Assembly (NCBI GenBank): GCA_963674735.2
Contig: CAXXQS010000001.1
Coordinates: 2,592,001 to 2,656,000, forward strand
Source: Myxococcota bacterium
GTDB lineage: Bacteria; Myxococcota_A; SURF-8
Direction of reading: 5' to 3'
Length of the DNA: 64,000 nt
Made by a program: the position numbers and the translations under genes. Under the pieces are notes generated by a model that worked only from the letters and a program-made list of their open reading frames with translations, was not told the origin of the DNA and did no database searches. Shown one piece after another: positions 1 to 16,413 of the stretch; position 1 is the first letter of the stretch, and every line of letters begins with the position of its first letter.

Positions 1-847
1 CGCGTAATGCCAAGGCGCTCGCGTAATCCATGCCGCCGGGCACGTAACCCAGCAGCAGATCGTGAGCCGACGTCTGGTCGGTCAGGCTATCGGGGGTGAA
101 ACCGCGTTTGACCATTTCCGGCAGAAGCTCGCAGGCATTGCCCAGAAGCCCGATGGAATAAGCCTCACCGGCGGCAGCCTTGGCCTTGGCCAGGTCCAGC
201 GCTTCATCCAGCGACTCGGTCCAGGTATTGAGGTAGCGGTGTTCGATGCGCCGCAGGATGCGTTCGCGGTCCACCTCCACGCACAACGCCACGCCTTCGT
301 TCATGGTAACGGACAACGGCTGCGCGCCGCCCATGCCGCCCAGTCCGGCCGTCAGCACGATGCGGCCTTTGAGCGTGCCGCCGAAGCACTGGCGCGCCTG
401 TTCGCCGAAGGTTTCGTAGGTGCCCTGCAAAATGCCCTGGGTGCCGATATAGATCCAGCTTCCGGCCGTCATCTGGCCGAACATCATCAGGCCTTTTTTG
501 TCCAGTTCGCGGAAATGCTCCCAGGTCGCCCAATGGGGGACGAGGTTGGCGTTGGCGATCAAGACGCGCGGAGCGTCGGGATGGCTTTTCACCACACCCA
601 CCGGCTTGCCGGACTGCACGAGCAGGGTTTCGTCGTTCTCCAGCTTTTTCAGGCTTTCCAAAATCAGCTTGAAGGCTTCGACGTTGCGCGCGGCTTTGCC
701 GCAGCCCCCGTAAACGATCAGCTCTTCCGGTTTCTCGGCCACCTCGGCATCGAGGTTGTTTTGAATCATGCGGTAGGCGGCCTCTTGCAGCCAGCCCTTG
801 CAGGTCAGTTCGGTGCCGCGCGGAGCTTTGATATGACGCAGATCCAT
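1..847 (-). CDS. hutU: Urocanate hydratase, 5' part (runs off the window start)
   Basis: Manual translation from ATG at 847 (GGGGAG RBS upstream) gives [55 protein letters not shown], the characteristic HutU N-terminus. Absent from the ORF track because it is truncated. Confidence 0.95.
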   Translation of the reverse strand, partial: MDLRHIKAPRGTELTCKGWLQEAAYRMIQNNLDAEVAEKPEELIVYGGCGKAARNVEAFKLILESLKKLENDETLLVQSGKPVGVVKSHPDAPRVLIANANLVPHWATWEHFRELDKKGLMMFGQMTAGSWIYIGTQGILQGTYETFGEQARQCFGGTLKGRIVLTAGLGGMGGAQPLSVTMNEGVALCVEVDRERILRRIEHRYLNTWTESLDEALDLAKAKAAAGEAYSIGLLGNACELLPEMVKRGFTPDSLTDQTSAHDLLLGYVPGGMDYASALALR

Positions 848-870
848 GTGACTCTCCCCAAAACAAGCGA

Positions 871-3345
871 TCAGAAGATGAGCGTCACCACCTGGTCGGT
901 TTTCAGGTCGATGACGTACACGATTTCCTCGGACGAATCGACGGCGTACAGACGCGGGAAATTTGGATAAAGATCCAGCAGCGCGGCATCTTCGAGCAGC
1001 GATCCCACGAAACGGTCGGCGCTGTCGGTCAGTGAAATCGCCTGGATTTCATTCGTTCCGCTGAAGGTTCGGAAGGAATACAGGAAGGTGCTTTCCTGCT
1101 TGGCCTGGATATCGACGCTGCTTTCGTCCTGGCAGATCGAGAATTCGATCAGGTCGTTTTTGAAGCTCGCCGGGTAGTCGCCGTCGTCGGATTCGCTGTT
1201 GCGGCAACGGATGCCGTTCACCGATTCCGCCTCTCCCGACAGCGTCATGTCGGTACGGAAACGATACTCCTTGTAAGTCTCTTCCTCGTCGTTGGTCTTT
1301 TCGATGGTGCAGATATAATCCTGCCAGTCATCCTGGTCGAACACCAGCGATTCGAACTGTTCCTGTCCCTGAATCACGTCGCTCTGGCGGAATTCCCCGT
1401 TGACCGCGCGCCCCTGGTAGAGGGACGAGCTGAGACGATTGCCGCCCGAATCCAGCTCGGTGAGACTGACGATGTAGTTGTCGTTGGCGCGCACCAGGTA
1501 TTCCACCGAGGTGCTGAAGCACCGTTTCAGGTCGACGCCACGCGGATCGAACACCAGATATTCGGGGGTGATGTCGATGATCTCCAGACGTACGCTGTCA
1601 AGTTCCACCAGCCGCGTCTCACCGTCGTCCCCGACGATTTCCTCCACGCAGCCCAGGGAATCGCCCTCCGGCGGGTTGGGCGTATCGCGGATCACCAGCA
1701 GATCGCCCTTCAACGCGAAGGGATCGTCCGGATCGCTCGAAGTCGGACGCGCCAGCAATTCCTCGAACAGGGTGAAATCCACTTCCGGATCGTAGAACCG
1801 GTTGTTGGCGAAATCGAAGCGACCCGCAATCGAGCCGTCGCTACCGGGAATCACGCCGTTATAGTGCAGTTCCCACAAGGCATCGGGCGTTCGTTCGGCA
1901 TAAAGGGTGGTATCCAGAGAGGTCAGGCACAAATTGTTGTCGATGGTCAATTCATCATCGCGCAGGTAGCTCAATTCCGGTCCGCTGTCGGGGTTGCTGT
2001 CGTACAACTGATGCAGGTTGCGGTTGAGGTCGATGATCTGGATGTTGCCGTTGTAGCCCACCGAATAGCCGTAGAGCAGAAACTCCAGGTCGTCGGCGAT
2101 CGCGGAATCGTCATCTGAAGCTTCGACTTCGGCATCACCATCGACATCGCCGTCGCCGCTCTCTTCGGCGAACAGCCGCCGCCCGCTCTCGGAGGCGTCC
2201 GTTTCCCCTTCCCCTTCCGACTCGCCCTCCGCCACCTCGCCGTCGCTATCGCCGTCGACTTCGAGATCCTCATCCCCATCCGTCAGCGTCGCGTCGTCAC
2301 CATCGGTATCGCTGTCGTCGGGTTCGGGGTTGGCCTTGTCGAGCATGGCAAACACCACCGTGCGCGGCACCGCCTGCAATTCGATATCGTATTCGAATTC
2401 GTCGCTGGGAGCCGGGGCGTTGTAGTGGCTGGGCAGTTGGGCGTTGGTATCCAGGTAGCGATCGTTGATGAGGTCGTAAACCGCCACCTTGCGCTCGTCC
2501 ACCTTCGAGAGGTAGAGAAAGCGTCCATCGGGGGTTACCGCGACATTGCGCTGGGGACCGTATACATTGCGCACCTGGGCCGGGTAACCCGGATTTTCGA
2601 GATCGACGATGTGGAAGTAGTCATAGGCCATGTCCGCCACATACAGATAGCGGCCATTCGGATGCACGGTCATACCGCTGGGGACCGGTTCGGGCGTAAC
2701 GCCGGTATCGAGCACCGCAAAACCGTCCTCCACCCAACGCTCGCTCTCGTCAGCTCCCTGTTTCACCACCCGCGCCAGCCGGTGCAGATCGGGTAGCGCG
2801 ACCCAAACCTCTCCCTCGGAAGCCGCTTCGCTCGGAGCCACGACCAGCGAGGTGGGACGCGCCGACAAGGGCACGGTATCGCGCAGGGTACGGGCCGATT
2901 CGGTCACGATCACCGACAGGCTGTTCTCGCCCCCGTTTGAAACGAAGGCGCGGGTATTTCCCTCATCGAGGGAAATCGCCACATCCACCGGGAAGCGCCC
3001 GACGGGAATGTGGCTGAACACGAAGGGATTTCCCTTGATGTTCGAATTGACCACGGCGCCGTTGCACAGGTCGATACGCGCCACCGAGTCTCCGCCGGAA
3101 TTGGCGACGAACGCGAATGGCCGCTTGGTTTTGCCTTGGCACTCCTCCCAAACACCCGTCGCGAGTTGCTCGGCATACTGCAGCTCGGCATCCGACGGCG
3201 TCCAGTCGATCACGGCCACGGCAATGGCCACGGGCCGGTCGAGGGTGGAAACGGTGGTATCCGCATCGCCGCTGTCCGAACAGGCAAACAAGCCCAGGCA
3301 AAGGGTCAGGCAGGCAATCCAAATCGCTGAAAAGCGCATCATCAT
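871..3345 (-). CDS. Secreted lipoprotein, YVTN/YncE-like beta-propeller with acidic insertion
   Basis: Lipobox LFAC; repeated [10 protein letters not shown] / [12 protein letters not shown] / LYVAD propeller blades; long D/E-rich insert. Confidence 0.7.
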   Translation of the reverse strand: MMMRFSAIWIACLTLCLGLFACSDSGDADTTVSTLDRPVAIAVAVIDWTPSDAELQYAEQLATGVWEECQGKTKRPFAFVANSGGDSVARIDLCNGAVVNSNIKGNPFVFSHIPVGRFPVDVAISLDEGNTRAFVSNGGENSLSVIVTESARTLRDTVPLSARPTSLVVAPSEAASEGEVWVALPDLHRLARVVKQGADESERWVEDGFAVLDTGVTPEPVPSGMTVHPNGRYLYVADMAYDYFHIVDLENPGYPAQVRNVYGPQRNVAVTPDGRFLYLSKVDERKVAVYDLINDRYLDTNAQLPSHYNAPAPSDEFEYDIELQAVPRTVVFAMLDKANPEPDDSDTDGDDATLTDGDEDLEVDGDSDGEVAEGESEGEGETDASESGRRLFAEESGDGDVDGDAEVEASDDDSAIADDLEFLLYGYSVGYNGNIQIIDLNRNLHQLYDSNPDSGPELSYLRDDELTIDNNLCLTSLDTTLYAERTPDALWELHYNGVIPGSDGSIAGRFDFANNRFYDPEVDFTLFEELLARPTSSDPDDPFALKGDLLVIRDTPNPPEGDSLGCVEEIVGDDGETRLVELDSVRLEIIDITPEYLVFDPRGVDLKRCFSTSVEYLVRANDNYIVSLTELDSGGNRLSSSLYQGRAVNGEFRQSDVIQGQEQFESLVFDQDDWQDYICTIEKTNDEEETYKEYRFRTDMTLSGEAESVNGIRCRNSESDDGDYPASFKNDLIEFSICQDESSVDIQAKQESTFLYSFRTFSGTNEIQAISLTDSADRFVGSLLEDAALLDLYPNFPRLYAVDSSEEIVYVIDLKTDQVVTLIF

Positions 3346-4988
3346 CAGTACTGATCCTCACTATAGAGCTTGGCCCGATTTTCGATCTTGCGATCCACTT
3401 TGTTGATCGGTTCCCCGTTTTCGTCGAATAGCCGCAAAACGGCCACTTCGTGGGCTTCGAAGTTGGAAACCAGCCCCCACACTCCGCCTTGGTTCTCATA
3501 GATCGCGATGTCGTAGGGCTTGGCCTCCTGACGAAAGATTCCCGGCTCCTGAATAAACGCCTCGGGCGCCACGTCGATCACGTCCACCACCTGGCGTAAC
3601 GTCAGATCGATCACGTAAATTTCGTCGGTATCGTAGATGGGGACATACAGCATGTCCTTATAAATCGCCACGTTAGCCGGTTCCGGGGCCAGTTCGATGA
3701 AATCCACCTGTTCATTGCGCTCGCAACTGGTGCTGTCTCCGACGGTCTGATCCTTGCCGCAGGTTTCGTAGCCGAGCGTGGTGTCGAGCACCATGATACC
3801 GGGCAGATCGGCCTTTTCCACGATCAGGTTGCGCGCCGCGACATACAGCCGACTGCCGTCGGCGTTGAAGGCCATGCCACGCGTATCGACGCCTTCCATC
3901 AGCAGAATCTGTTCCACCCGCGCCTGGTAGCCCAGCCCGGACGTGTAATACGGACGCAAAACGCCGAGCAGATTCGAATCGCGGTGGCTGACATACACCG
4001 AGCCGGTCAGGGGCGAAATCACCGCCTGATTGCCGCCGCGCGAGAACTTGCGCTGGGCGATCATGCGGATGGGTCGCACCACCTCGCAACGGTACCCCGA
4101 CGGACAGCCCTGCCGCACCACCTCGCCGTCCTCGTTCAGCACGGTTTCGTCCACTTCGCAGTAAGTGGCACAATAGTTAGAATCGATACGCCGCGGATCG
4201 CTAAGACAGGTGTTTGCCTCTTCGCGCGGTAGTCCGCCGCCATCGCCCGCCACCACGAATTCGGTGGTTCCGCAGTCCAGGTTGGCGTCGCAAGCGCCGC
4301 ATAACGCCCCAGCCGCCGCCCCGCTGGGGCACGACAGATTCTCGGGCAGGCAGCGCCGGATCACTTCGCCGCTTTCGCGTCGCAGGTCATCGGCCGGTTC
4401 GACGAAACGGGCCAGATCGTCTTCCAGCACCGTCATTTCGCCATCGGAAATGTGCGTGACGTAAACATAGCGATCATTGGCGTCCACGACCACACCGAAG
4501 GGATTGGGAGCCACCCCGAAGGCCTGGCGCGTGTCGGCGATGAAAAACGGCTCGTCGCCCTTGGGAGCGGCCGCGACGCGCGCGTCTACGTCGATAGCCA
4601 GCAGAAGATCGGCCGGTTCCTCGGTGATGCCGTCCTGCTCGAAAAACGGACCGCGTGTGGTCACGAACAGGCGGGTTCCGGCATGGTTGAAGGCCACCTC
4701 GCCGCCGAAGCTACCGATGGGCAAAGTCCACTCGGGCACGATGCGATAGGTGGACAGATCCACCACGACCACCGAGCCGTTGCGGTAGGCCTGATTGAAG
4801 TTGGCATTGACCACCGCCGCATAGCGTCCCGCCGGATGAACGGCCACTCCGATGGGGAAATGGATGATATCGGGCGGGGCATCCACACCGGGACGTTCGG
4901 TGATACAGCCCGAGGCGGCCGTCACGATCGCAGCCAGGGTTAAAATTGTCAGAAACAACCGTAATATCGAATGGTTTTTCATGTCCAC
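3345..4988 (-). CDS. Lipoprotein, YncE-like beta-propeller with Cys-rich insert
   Basis: Lipobox ASGC; blades such as VAVHPAGRYAAV and MAFNADGSRLYVA; stop overlaps the next start (TGATG). Confidence 0.7.
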   Translation of the reverse strand: MDMKNHSILRLFLTILTLAAIVTAASGCITERPGVDAPPDIIHFPIGVAVHPAGRYAAVVNANFNQAYRNGSVVVVDLSTYRIVPEWTLPIGSFGGEVAFNHAGTRLFVTTRGPFFEQDGITEEPADLLLAIDVDARVAAAPKGDEPFFIADTRQAFGVAPNPFGVVVDANDRYVYVTHISDGEMTVLEDDLARFVEPADDLRRESGEVIRRCLPENLSCPSGAAAGALCGACDANLDCGTTEFVVAGDGGGLPREEANTCLSDPRRIDSNYCATYCEVDETVLNEDGEVVRQGCPSGYRCEVVRPIRMIAQRKFSRGGNQAVISPLTGSVYVSHRDSNLLGVLRPYYTSGLGYQARVEQILLMEGVDTRGMAFNADGSRLYVAARNLIVEKADLPGIMVLDTTLGYETCGKDQTVGDSTSCERNEQVDFIELAPEPANVAIYKDMLYVPIYDTDEIYVIDLTLRQVVDVIDVAPEAFIQEPGIFRQEAKPYDIAIYENQGGVWGLVSNFEAHEVAVLRLFDENGEPINKVDRKIENRAKLYSEDQY

Positions 4989-5112
4989 GCATCTCTTGAA
5001 AAAGATAAATTCAATCCATGAAGCTATCCCAGCCCCCCTTGGCTGTCAATTGTTTTCCTAACCTTATAGGTACGAGGAAACATCTTCGCAGCCGGGCGAC
5101 GCTCCGCCCGGT

Positions 5113-5143
5113 AAAAAAAACGGGGCCGGTGTATCCGGCCCCG
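5113..5143 (-). terminator. Rho-independent terminator of ppdK
   Basis: 9-bp stem cggggccgg/ccggccccg (5121-5143) followed by T8 on the minus strand, 25 bp after the ppdK stop. Confidence 0.85.
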
Positions 5144-5168
5144 CAAACGACACAGTCGCTAACCAAGC

Positions 5169-7928
<2,760 letters not shown>

Positions 7929-8290
7929 TGTTCATCCCTCCTTAGAATTTATTATCAGAACAAGATGGCCGGCAGATTGCCAATCGAGAATTACAAACCT
8001 ACCGTTCACTTTTTAAGATCGGCCAATTGCCGAAAAAGTTGGCACATCTTAACAGAAGCTTTTCCGCTGTCAATCCTTTTCAAGACGGAATTATTATCGG
8101 GTTTTATTTCTCAAACTTAAGGGATAACGATTGACTTTTTCATGGAAAAACAGGACGATTTTAGGATAAACTAAGTTTGCGCACGACCGATTTAGTAATT
8201 GATACGACAAAAACGGGGTTCCCGTTCTCGGAAAACCTTCCTGAGCCTAGAAAGAGTGTTCGGGGCGGAAGCAAAAAAGGAGGCTGATCC

Positions 8291-10345
<2,055 letters not shown>

Positions 10346-10380
10346 CCGACATCCGCCACCGGGCGGCAGGAGACGCATTC

Positions 10381-11505
10381 ATGGCGCATGTGTTGTCCAT
10401 CGATAAGGACCATAACCGTTTCAAGCAGATCGTGCGCGGCCGCATCAAGCAGGATCTGCGTAAATACATCACCAAGGGCGAAATGATCGGCCGACGCGGC
10501 AAGGACACGATTTCCATTCCCGTGCCGCAGATCGAAATGCCGCGCTTCCGCTTCGGCTCCAAGGAGCAAGGCGGGGTCGGCCAGGGCGACGGCGAGGAAG
10601 GCGATTCCCTGGGCCAGGGCGAAAACGAAGGCCAGGGCAGCGGCAAGGGCGAAGCCGGGGATCAGCCCGGCGAGCACACGCTTGAAGTCGATATCACCTT
10701 GCAGGAGCTGGCCGAGATTCTGGGCGAAGAGCTGGAATTGCCGCGCATCGAGCCCAAGGGCACCGACAAGCTGCGCTACACGGTCGATAAATACCGGGGC
10801 ATCCGCAAAGTCGGACCCGAGTCGCTGCGGCACTTCAAGCGCACCTTCAAAGAAGCGCTCAAACGGCAGATCAGCATCGGCGCTTACAACCCCGACAGCC
10901 CGGTGATCATCCCCACCCGCGAAGACAAGCGTTACCGCTCGTGGAAGACCATCCCCGAGCCGCAGTATAACGCCGTCATCTTCTACATCATGGATGTCTC
11001 GGGCTCCATGGGCGACGAGCAGAAGGAGATGGTGCGCATCGAATCGTTTTGGATCGACACCTGGCTCAGTTCCCAGTACAAGGGCATCGAGTCGCGCTAC
11101 ATCATCCACGACGCCACCGCGCGCGAGGTCGACCGCGAAACCTTCTTCAGCACCAAGGAGAGCGGCGGCACCGTGATTTCGTCGGCCTACAAGCTGTCGC
11201 TGGATATTCTCGACGCGGATTATCCGACCAGCGACTGGAACACCTACTTCTTCCAGTTCTCCGACGGCGACAACTGGTCCAACGACGACACCGCCCAGTG
11301 CATCGATCTTTTGCGCGAGCAGATTCTGCCGCGCGTCAACATGTTCGGTTACGGGCAGGTGCGCTCGTTTTTCGGCTCCGGCCAGTACATCATGGATCTC
11401 AAGGCCGGCTTCGGCGAGGAGACGGAAAACCTGATTCTCTCGGAAGTGCCCGACAAGGACGCGATTTACGAATCGATCAAGGACTTCCTGGGCAAGGGAA
11501 TGTAA
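10381..11505 (+). CDS. yeaH: YeaH/YhbH (DUF444) vWA-like protein
   Basis: [13 protein letters not shown]-like motif, [18 protein letters not shown]; Gly-rich linker. Confidence 0.92.
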   Translation: MAHVLSIDKDHNRFKQIVRGRIKQDLRKYITKGEMIGRRGKDTISIPVPQIEMPRFRFGSKEQGGVGQGDGEEGDSLGQGENEGQGSGKGEAGDQPGEHTLEVDITLQELAEILGEELELPRIEPKGTDKLRYTVDKYRGIRKVGPESLRHFKRTFKEALKRQISIGAYNPDSPVIIPTREDKRYRSWKTIPEPQYNAVIFYIMDVSGSMGDEQKEMVRIESFWIDTWLSSQYKGIESRYIIHDATAREVDRETFFSTKESGGTVISSAYKLSLDILDADYPTSDWNTYFFQFSDGDNWSNDDTAQCIDLLREQILPRVNMFGYGQVRSFFGSGQYIMDLKAGFGEETENLILSEVPDKDAIYESIKDFLGKGM

Positions 11506-11572
11506 GGGTTCGCCATCAACCGACACCGCCGGAGCGGCGGACAATCCGCCCCGGCGCAGCAACGAGGATACG

Positions 11573-13108
11573 ATGCTATCTCCCGAATTGCAGCAGTTGA
11601 AAACGGAAATCGAGGGCTACGCCCGCGATTACGGCCTCGATTTCTTCGAAACCATTTTCGAGATCGTGGATGCAAAACAGGTGAGCGAAATCGCCGCTTA
11701 CGGCGGCTTCCCCACCCGCTATCCGCATTGGCGCTTCGGCATGGAGTTCGACAAGCTCGATAAAGGCTACACCTACGGCGGCCAGCGCATCTACGAAATG
11801 GTCATCAACAACAATCCCTGCTACGCCTATCTAATGGCCTCGAATCCCATCTTCGATCAGAAAACCGTCATGGCGCACGTCTTCGCGCACAACGATTTTT
11901 TCAAGAACAACCTGTGGTTCTCGAAAACCAACCGCAAGATGATGGACGAAATGGCCAACCATTCCGCCCGCATCCGACGCTACCAGGATCGTTTCGGCGT
12001 CGATGAGGTGGAGACCTTTTTGGATATCGCGCTGTCACTCGAAAACCTGATCGATCCGCACGCGCCCTTTATCGAGCGCGAAGCCAAGCCGATGAGCGAA
12101 GAGGACGAACGCGCCGAGCTCGACGTGCCCATGCTCAAAGCCAAGAAGTACATGGAGCGCTACATCAACCCGAAGGAGTACGTGGACGAGCAGAAGCTGC
12201 GCCTGGCGGAGAAGAAGGCGGCGCGCGAGAAGCGTTTCCCCGAAGAGCCGGTGCGCGACGTGCTGCAATTCCTGATCGCCCATGCGCCCCTCAAAGAGTG
12301 GCAGCAGGATCTGCTGTCGATCGTGCGCGAGGAAGCCTACTATTTCGCCCCGCAGTGGATGACCAAGATCATGAACGAAGGCTGGGCCACCTACTGGCAT
12401 TCGAAAATCATGACGCAAAAGGCCTTGGCGGACAGCGAAATCATCAATTACGCCGACCACTACGCCGGGGTAGTGGCCACCAGCAAAGGCTCGCTCAACC
12501 CTTACAAAGTCGGCGTAGAACTGTTCCGCCACATCGAAGAGCGCTGGGATATGGGGCGCTTCGGGCGCGATTACGACGAATGCGACAACATGGCCGAAAA
12601 ACACAGCTGGGACAAAAAGCTGATGCTCGGCCGGGAAAAAATCTTCCTCGTGCGCAAGCTGCACAACGACGTCACCTTCATCGATGAATTTCTGACGCCC
12701 GAATTCTGCATCGAACACAAGCTGTTCACCTACGGCTACAACCCCAAACGCGACCAGTGGGAGATCGTCTCGCGCCAGTTCGAGGACATCAAGCAAAAGC
12801 TGTTGCAGAATCTCACCAACGCGGGCAACCCGTTCATTTCGGTGCTCGACGCGAATTTCGAAAACCGCGGCGAGCTGCTTTTACGCCACCAGCACGAAGG
12901 GGTGGACCTGAATATCGCGCATGCCACCGAGACGCTGTCCAACCTGTATCGCGTCTGGTCGCGTCCGACGGCCATTTTGACCATGCTGCAGGACCGGCCG
13001 GTGATGATTCGGTTCGACGGCACGGAGCACGCCGTTTTGGAACTGGAACGCGATGCGGATCAGGAAGCGCCGCCCACCCCGGAAGTCCCGGACCCGGACA
13101 CACCGTAG
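11573..13108 (+). CDS. spoVR: SpoVR/YcgB family protein
   Basis: [40 protein letters not shown]. Confidence 0.95.
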   Translation: MLSPELQQLKTEIEGYARDYGLDFFETIFEIVDAKQVSEIAAYGGFPTRYPHWRFGMEFDKLDKGYTYGGQRIYEMVINNNPCYAYLMASNPIFDQKTVMAHVFAHNDFFKNNLWFSKTNRKMMDEMANHSARIRRYQDRFGVDEVETFLDIALSLENLIDPHAPFIEREAKPMSEEDERAELDVPMLKAKKYMERYINPKEYVDEQKLRLAEKKAAREKRFPEEPVRDVLQFLIAHAPLKEWQQDLLSIVREEAYYFAPQWMTKIMNEGWATYWHSKIMTQKALADSEIINYADHYAGVVATSKGSLNPYKVGVELFRHIEERWDMGRFGRDYDECDNMAEKHSWDKKLMLGREKIFLVRKLHNDVTFIDEFLTPEFCIEHKLFTYGYNPKRDQWEIVSRQFEDIKQKLLQNLTNAGNPFISVLDANFENRGELLLRHQHEGVDLNIAHATETLSNLYRVWSRPTAILTMLQDRPVMIRFDGTEHAVLELERDADQEAPPTPEVPDPDTP

Positions 13109-13193
13109 ACGCGGGGGGAACCGCTTTACACGGTGGCCATCGCCCGTTTAAATAGGGGTGTCATCCTCGCACGAGTGAAGCTCGGGCTGTGTT

Positions 13194-13225
13194 GCAGGGC
13201 TCTGTCCTGTTCCGCATGTTTGTCT
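13194..13225 (+). repeat. Dispersed REP-like repeat (class C), degenerate copy
   Basis: gcagggctctgtcctgttccgcatgtttgtct is nearly identical to the reverse complement of 25588-25625 and similar to the reverse complement of 13651-13683. Confidence 0.7.
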
Positions 13226-13299
13226 CGATCTTTCATCACAAACGGCCCAGCCGAAACGATAACGTAACGTATTATGCGCACTTTGAGATTTGAATAGCG

Positions 13300-13510
13300 G
13301 AGACTCTCCAATCTATCGATAATGATTGTGACAGCAATAATTTACGATTGAAAGGAGAGCTCCATGTCTAAGGGTACGAGTACGAGCAGTGCAGGTCAAG
13401 GCGAAATCGTCCGTATTGACGAGGGGATCATCAAAGAGCAACTCGGTGAGATGGTTCGCGGTACGGTCGAGGAAACATTGAACGCGATGCTTGATGCGGA
13501 AGCCGAGGCC
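13300..13510 (+). pseudogene. IS256-family transposase 5' remnant with probable left end
   Basis: From ATG 13364 (AAGGAG RBS): IVRIDEGIIKEQLGEMVRGTVEETLNAMLDAEAE resembles IS256 N-termini. Similarity stops after about 48 codons, just before a REP doublet. Confidence 0.7.
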
Positions 13511-13522
13511 CAGCTAAGCCAA

Positions 13523-13595
13523 GTAGGTCGGACAAATTCTTTGTCCGACAATCATAATCTCCCTTTGTGTCGGACAGAAAATCTGTCCGACCTAC
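13523..13595. repeat. GTAG-type REP doublet (REPIN-like), class A
   Basis: GTAGGTCGGACA..TGTCCGAC-spacer-GTCGGACA..TGTCCGACCTAC, 73 bp; inverted copy at 25473-25545 with 2 mismatches. Confidence 0.9.
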
Positions 13596-13650
13596 ATGAC
13601 TTTTTCACCACAACCAGCCCCGCCGGAAACAAGGCAGGAGCCTTGTTTGA

Positions 13651-13683
13651 AGACAAACGAACAGAGCAGGACGGGAGCCCTGC
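13651..13683 (-). repeat. Degenerate class C repeat copy
   Basis: Reverse complement gcagggctcccgtcctgctctgttcgtttgtct aligns with 13194-13225. Confidence 0.55.
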
Positions 13684-13754
13684 TCCGACATCGCCCCTCT
13701 TCCACCGGTGTTCGGCGGGTGGCCGTGACAAGCCCCGAACGTTGAAAACTGGAT

Positions 13755-13843
13755 GGGTGCCATGGGCTAAGCGCAGCTTGCCCATGTGCAGGATCTTCGA
13801 ACACGGGCAAGCTCTACTTCATTCCGCTTGGCCCGTGGCACCC
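13755..13843. repeat. Nested inverted repeat (REP-doublet-like)
   Basis: Outer arms gggtgccatgggctaagcg / cgcttggcccgtggcaccc; inner arms agcttgcccatgtg / cacgggcaagct. Confidence 0.7.
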
Positions 13844-13868
13844 GTTACCCAAGGCGCCCGACCGTTTG

Positions 13869-13920
13869 CCCTCTCCACAAAATGGAGAGGGTCCGCGAAG
13901 CGGAGGGGTGAGGGTTCGAG
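13869..13920 (-). repeat. CCCTCACCC/CCCTCTCC palindromic dispersed repeat (class D)
   Basis: Reverse complement ctcgaaccctcacccctccgcttcgcggaccctctcc..ggagaggg matches 18259-18307. Confidence 0.8.
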
Positions 13921-13957
13921 ACCTGGAGCCCGTCGGGAAACGCGCCAACAGGGATGC

Positions 13958-15451
13958 TTACAGCGGCGTGTTGCGATGCTTGCGCGGCAGCAGCAGTTCC
14001 TGCTTGTTCTTGATGGTTTCGAAGGCGCGGATCACCACCTGCCGGGTCGAATCGGGGCTGATGACGTCGTCGAGGAAGCCGTATTCGGCCGCCATATAAG
14101 GCGTTAAATAAGTGGCCTCATACTCGGCGATCAGATCGGCCTGCAGCTGCTTGAGCTCCTCCGTTTTCCCTTCGGCCTTGAGCGCCTTGAAGGCGCGCGA
14201 ATGCAGGATTTCGACCGCTCCCTGTGCGCCCATAACGCAGATTTGGGAATTGGGCCAGGCGAAGTTGTAATCGGAGCCCACATGTTTGGAGCTCATCACG
14301 TCGTAGGCGCCGCCGTAATTCTTGCGCAGGGTGACGGCGATCTGGGGGACCGTCGCTTCGGCGAAGGCGTAGAGAATCTTAGCCCCATGCATGATAATCC
14401 CGCCGTGCTCCTGGCTGACGCCCGGCAAGAAGCCCGGAACGTCCACAAAGGTGAGCAGCGGCACGTTGAAACTGTCGCAGGTGCGGATAAAGCGCGCGCC
14501 CTTGCGCGAGGCGTTGATGTCGAGGGTGCCCGCCATGACGCTCGGCTGGTTGGCCACGATGCCGAAACTGTGGCCGTTGAGCCGCGCGAAGCCCACCACG
14601 ATGTTTTGCGCGTAATCGGGATGGATTTCCATGAAGGAATCCCGGTCGACGACCGATTGAATCACGTTGCGCACATCATAGCCACGCTTGGCGTCCTCCG
14701 GGACCATGTCCAGAAGCTCCGGGCAGATGCGGTTGGGGTCGTCCTCCGGCTCGACGTAGGGGGGCTTTTCCTGGCTGTTCTGCGGCAGATATGAAAGCAG
14801 ACGCCGCACGCTGTCGATCGAATGGAAGTCGTCTTGACACACCAGATGACACACCCCGGATTTGCCCGAGTGCGCGCGTGCGCCGCCCAGATCCGATTTC
14901 GAAACGGCTTCGCCGGTGACCGCTTTCACAACTTTGGGACCGGTGATGAACATGAAGGCCTGATCCTCGACCATCAAGATAAAATCGGTCAAGGCCGGGG
15001 AGTAAACCGCGCCGCCGGCGCAGTGGCCGCTGATGATCGAGATCTGCGGAATTACGCCGGAACAGCGCACGTTGCGGAAGAAGATATCGCCGTAACCGGC
15101 CAGCGAAATCACGCCCTCCTGCAAACGCGCCCCACCCGAATCGTTGAAGCCGATCACCGGCGCCATTTCGCGTGCGGCCATATCCATCAACTTGCATACT
15201 TTTTTAGCATGCGCTTCACCGAGCGACCCGCCCATGAATGCGGCGTCTTGGGAAAAGGCGTAAGTCGGACGGCCGTTGACCATGCCGAAACCGGTGACGA
15301 CGCTGTCGCCGGAAACCTTTTTGTTTTCCATGCCATAGCCGGTGATGTGATGCGTCACATAGCGGTCGATTTCGTAAAAGGTGCCCGCATCGAAAAAATG
15401 TTCCAAGCGGTCGCGTGCCGATAGTTTCACCCGTTCATCGCTGTTGGACAT
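13958..15451 (-). CDS. Acyl-CoA carboxylase/decarboxylase carboxyltransferase subunit (PccB/MmdA family)
   Basis: GGSLGEAHAKK, NDSGGARLQEG, CAGGAVYSPALTDF, FVDVPGFLPG, C-terminal RKHRNTPL; start placed at 15451 from the AAGGAG RBS. Confidence 0.92.
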   Translation of the reverse strand: MSNSDERVKLSARDRLEHFFDAGTFYEIDRYVTHHITGYGMENKKVSGDSVVTGFGMVNGRPTYAFSQDAAFMGGSLGEAHAKKVCKLMDMAAREMAPVIGFNDSGGARLQEGVISLAGYGDIFFRNVRCSGVIPQISIISGHCAGGAVYSPALTDFILMVEDQAFMFITGPKVVKAVTGEAVSKSDLGGARAHSGKSGVCHLVCQDDFHSIDSVRRLLSYLPQNSQEKPPYVEPEDDPNRICPELLDMVPEDAKRGYDVRNVIQSVVDRDSFMEIHPDYAQNIVVGFARLNGHSFGIVANQPSVMAGTLDINASRKGARFIRTCDSFNVPLLTFVDVPGFLPGVSQEHGGIIMHGAKILYAFAEATVPQIAVTLRKNYGGAYDVMSSKHVGSDYNFAWPNSQICVMGAQGAVEILHSRAFKALKAEGKTEELKQLQADLIAEYEATYLTPYMAAEYGFLDDVISPDSTRQVVIRAFETIKNKQELLLPRKHRNTPL

Positions 15452-16413
15452 CCAGCGTCTCCTTCCGATTGCGGACACGGTGCGCCCCGTGCTTCGGTCG
15501 TGTTTATAGGGTCGTAATGCTGTGGAAAGTCATACAACAAGACGGACGAAAAGGCAATAGTTGTGCGACGCGCGAAAATCGCAACCGAGTTTCTCGGTTT
15601 TTTTTCATACATTTGTATCTATTTTTACGATACGGAGAATGACTTCGCGTTCTCTCTGGGGTCGCCGTCGGGAAGCTCGGGACCGGTCCGCCACCGAGAG
15701 CCTCGGAGGCGCTGCGAACCAGCATTCGTCTGCCCTTGCAGCTTGGAACTAGCTGTAATAACAAAGCAATTATCGATATTTCAGATTATTTTCGGCCGTC
15801 GGTCGTCGCCGCAGGACCGAAACCAACTATCCCTTGTAATATCAACAAGATAAGAGCCTATACATGAATTAGTGGAAGTGTATTATATTAAATATACTAC
15901 TCTATCGAATTTTTTTCGCGTCTGGCCAGCGCCTCCCACCCGCGTCTGGACTTCCGGAATAAGGGGTCTACAAAGTTCTAAGTAACTGTGATTACACGAA
16001 TAATTAGATCTTTTTTTCAATGCGGGATTTTCCTGTGGGAACGCGAGCGACCGTGCGCCGCTCTCGCCCTGCGGTCGTCGGTGTGACGTATTACGCCCAA
16101 CCTAGTTTTCCCCGTGGTTTCCTACTTTACCCCTCGATTTCAGGCCGAAAAACCCAATGATTTCACGAAAACCGAAAAAGCCCCCCGGAAAACGGCGCAA
16201 CGAGCGCTTTGAGCGAATCGAGACCAGGGCAGGTAAAACGGCAAAAATTGGGTCTGTCCACTTGATTTTGCCGAAACGACCCTTTTCGCTTGTCACGGCC
16301 ACTTGCCGCAACGGCGCAGGGAGCGAAAAACGGGCGTGAAGCCTGAAGCCCGTCGGAGACGCGCTCCAACATGGAAAAGCCTGATTCGAGGCCATCAGGC
16401 TGATTGCTGTTCA

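Noticed and set aside
5152-5160. ACAGTCGCT identical to the IS110 right-end 9-mer
   Set aside because: Isolated 9-mer with no -35 element, transposase or REP context; compatible with chance
13364-14107. 247-aa ORF as a real protein
   Set aside because: Only the first ~48 codons look like a transposase; the rest reads through repeats and overlaps the carboxyltransferase antisense
15750-16030. AT-rich tract (also 41640-41870) as a replication origin
   Set aside because: No cluster of TTATCCACA-type DnaA boxes seen and no dnaA nearby
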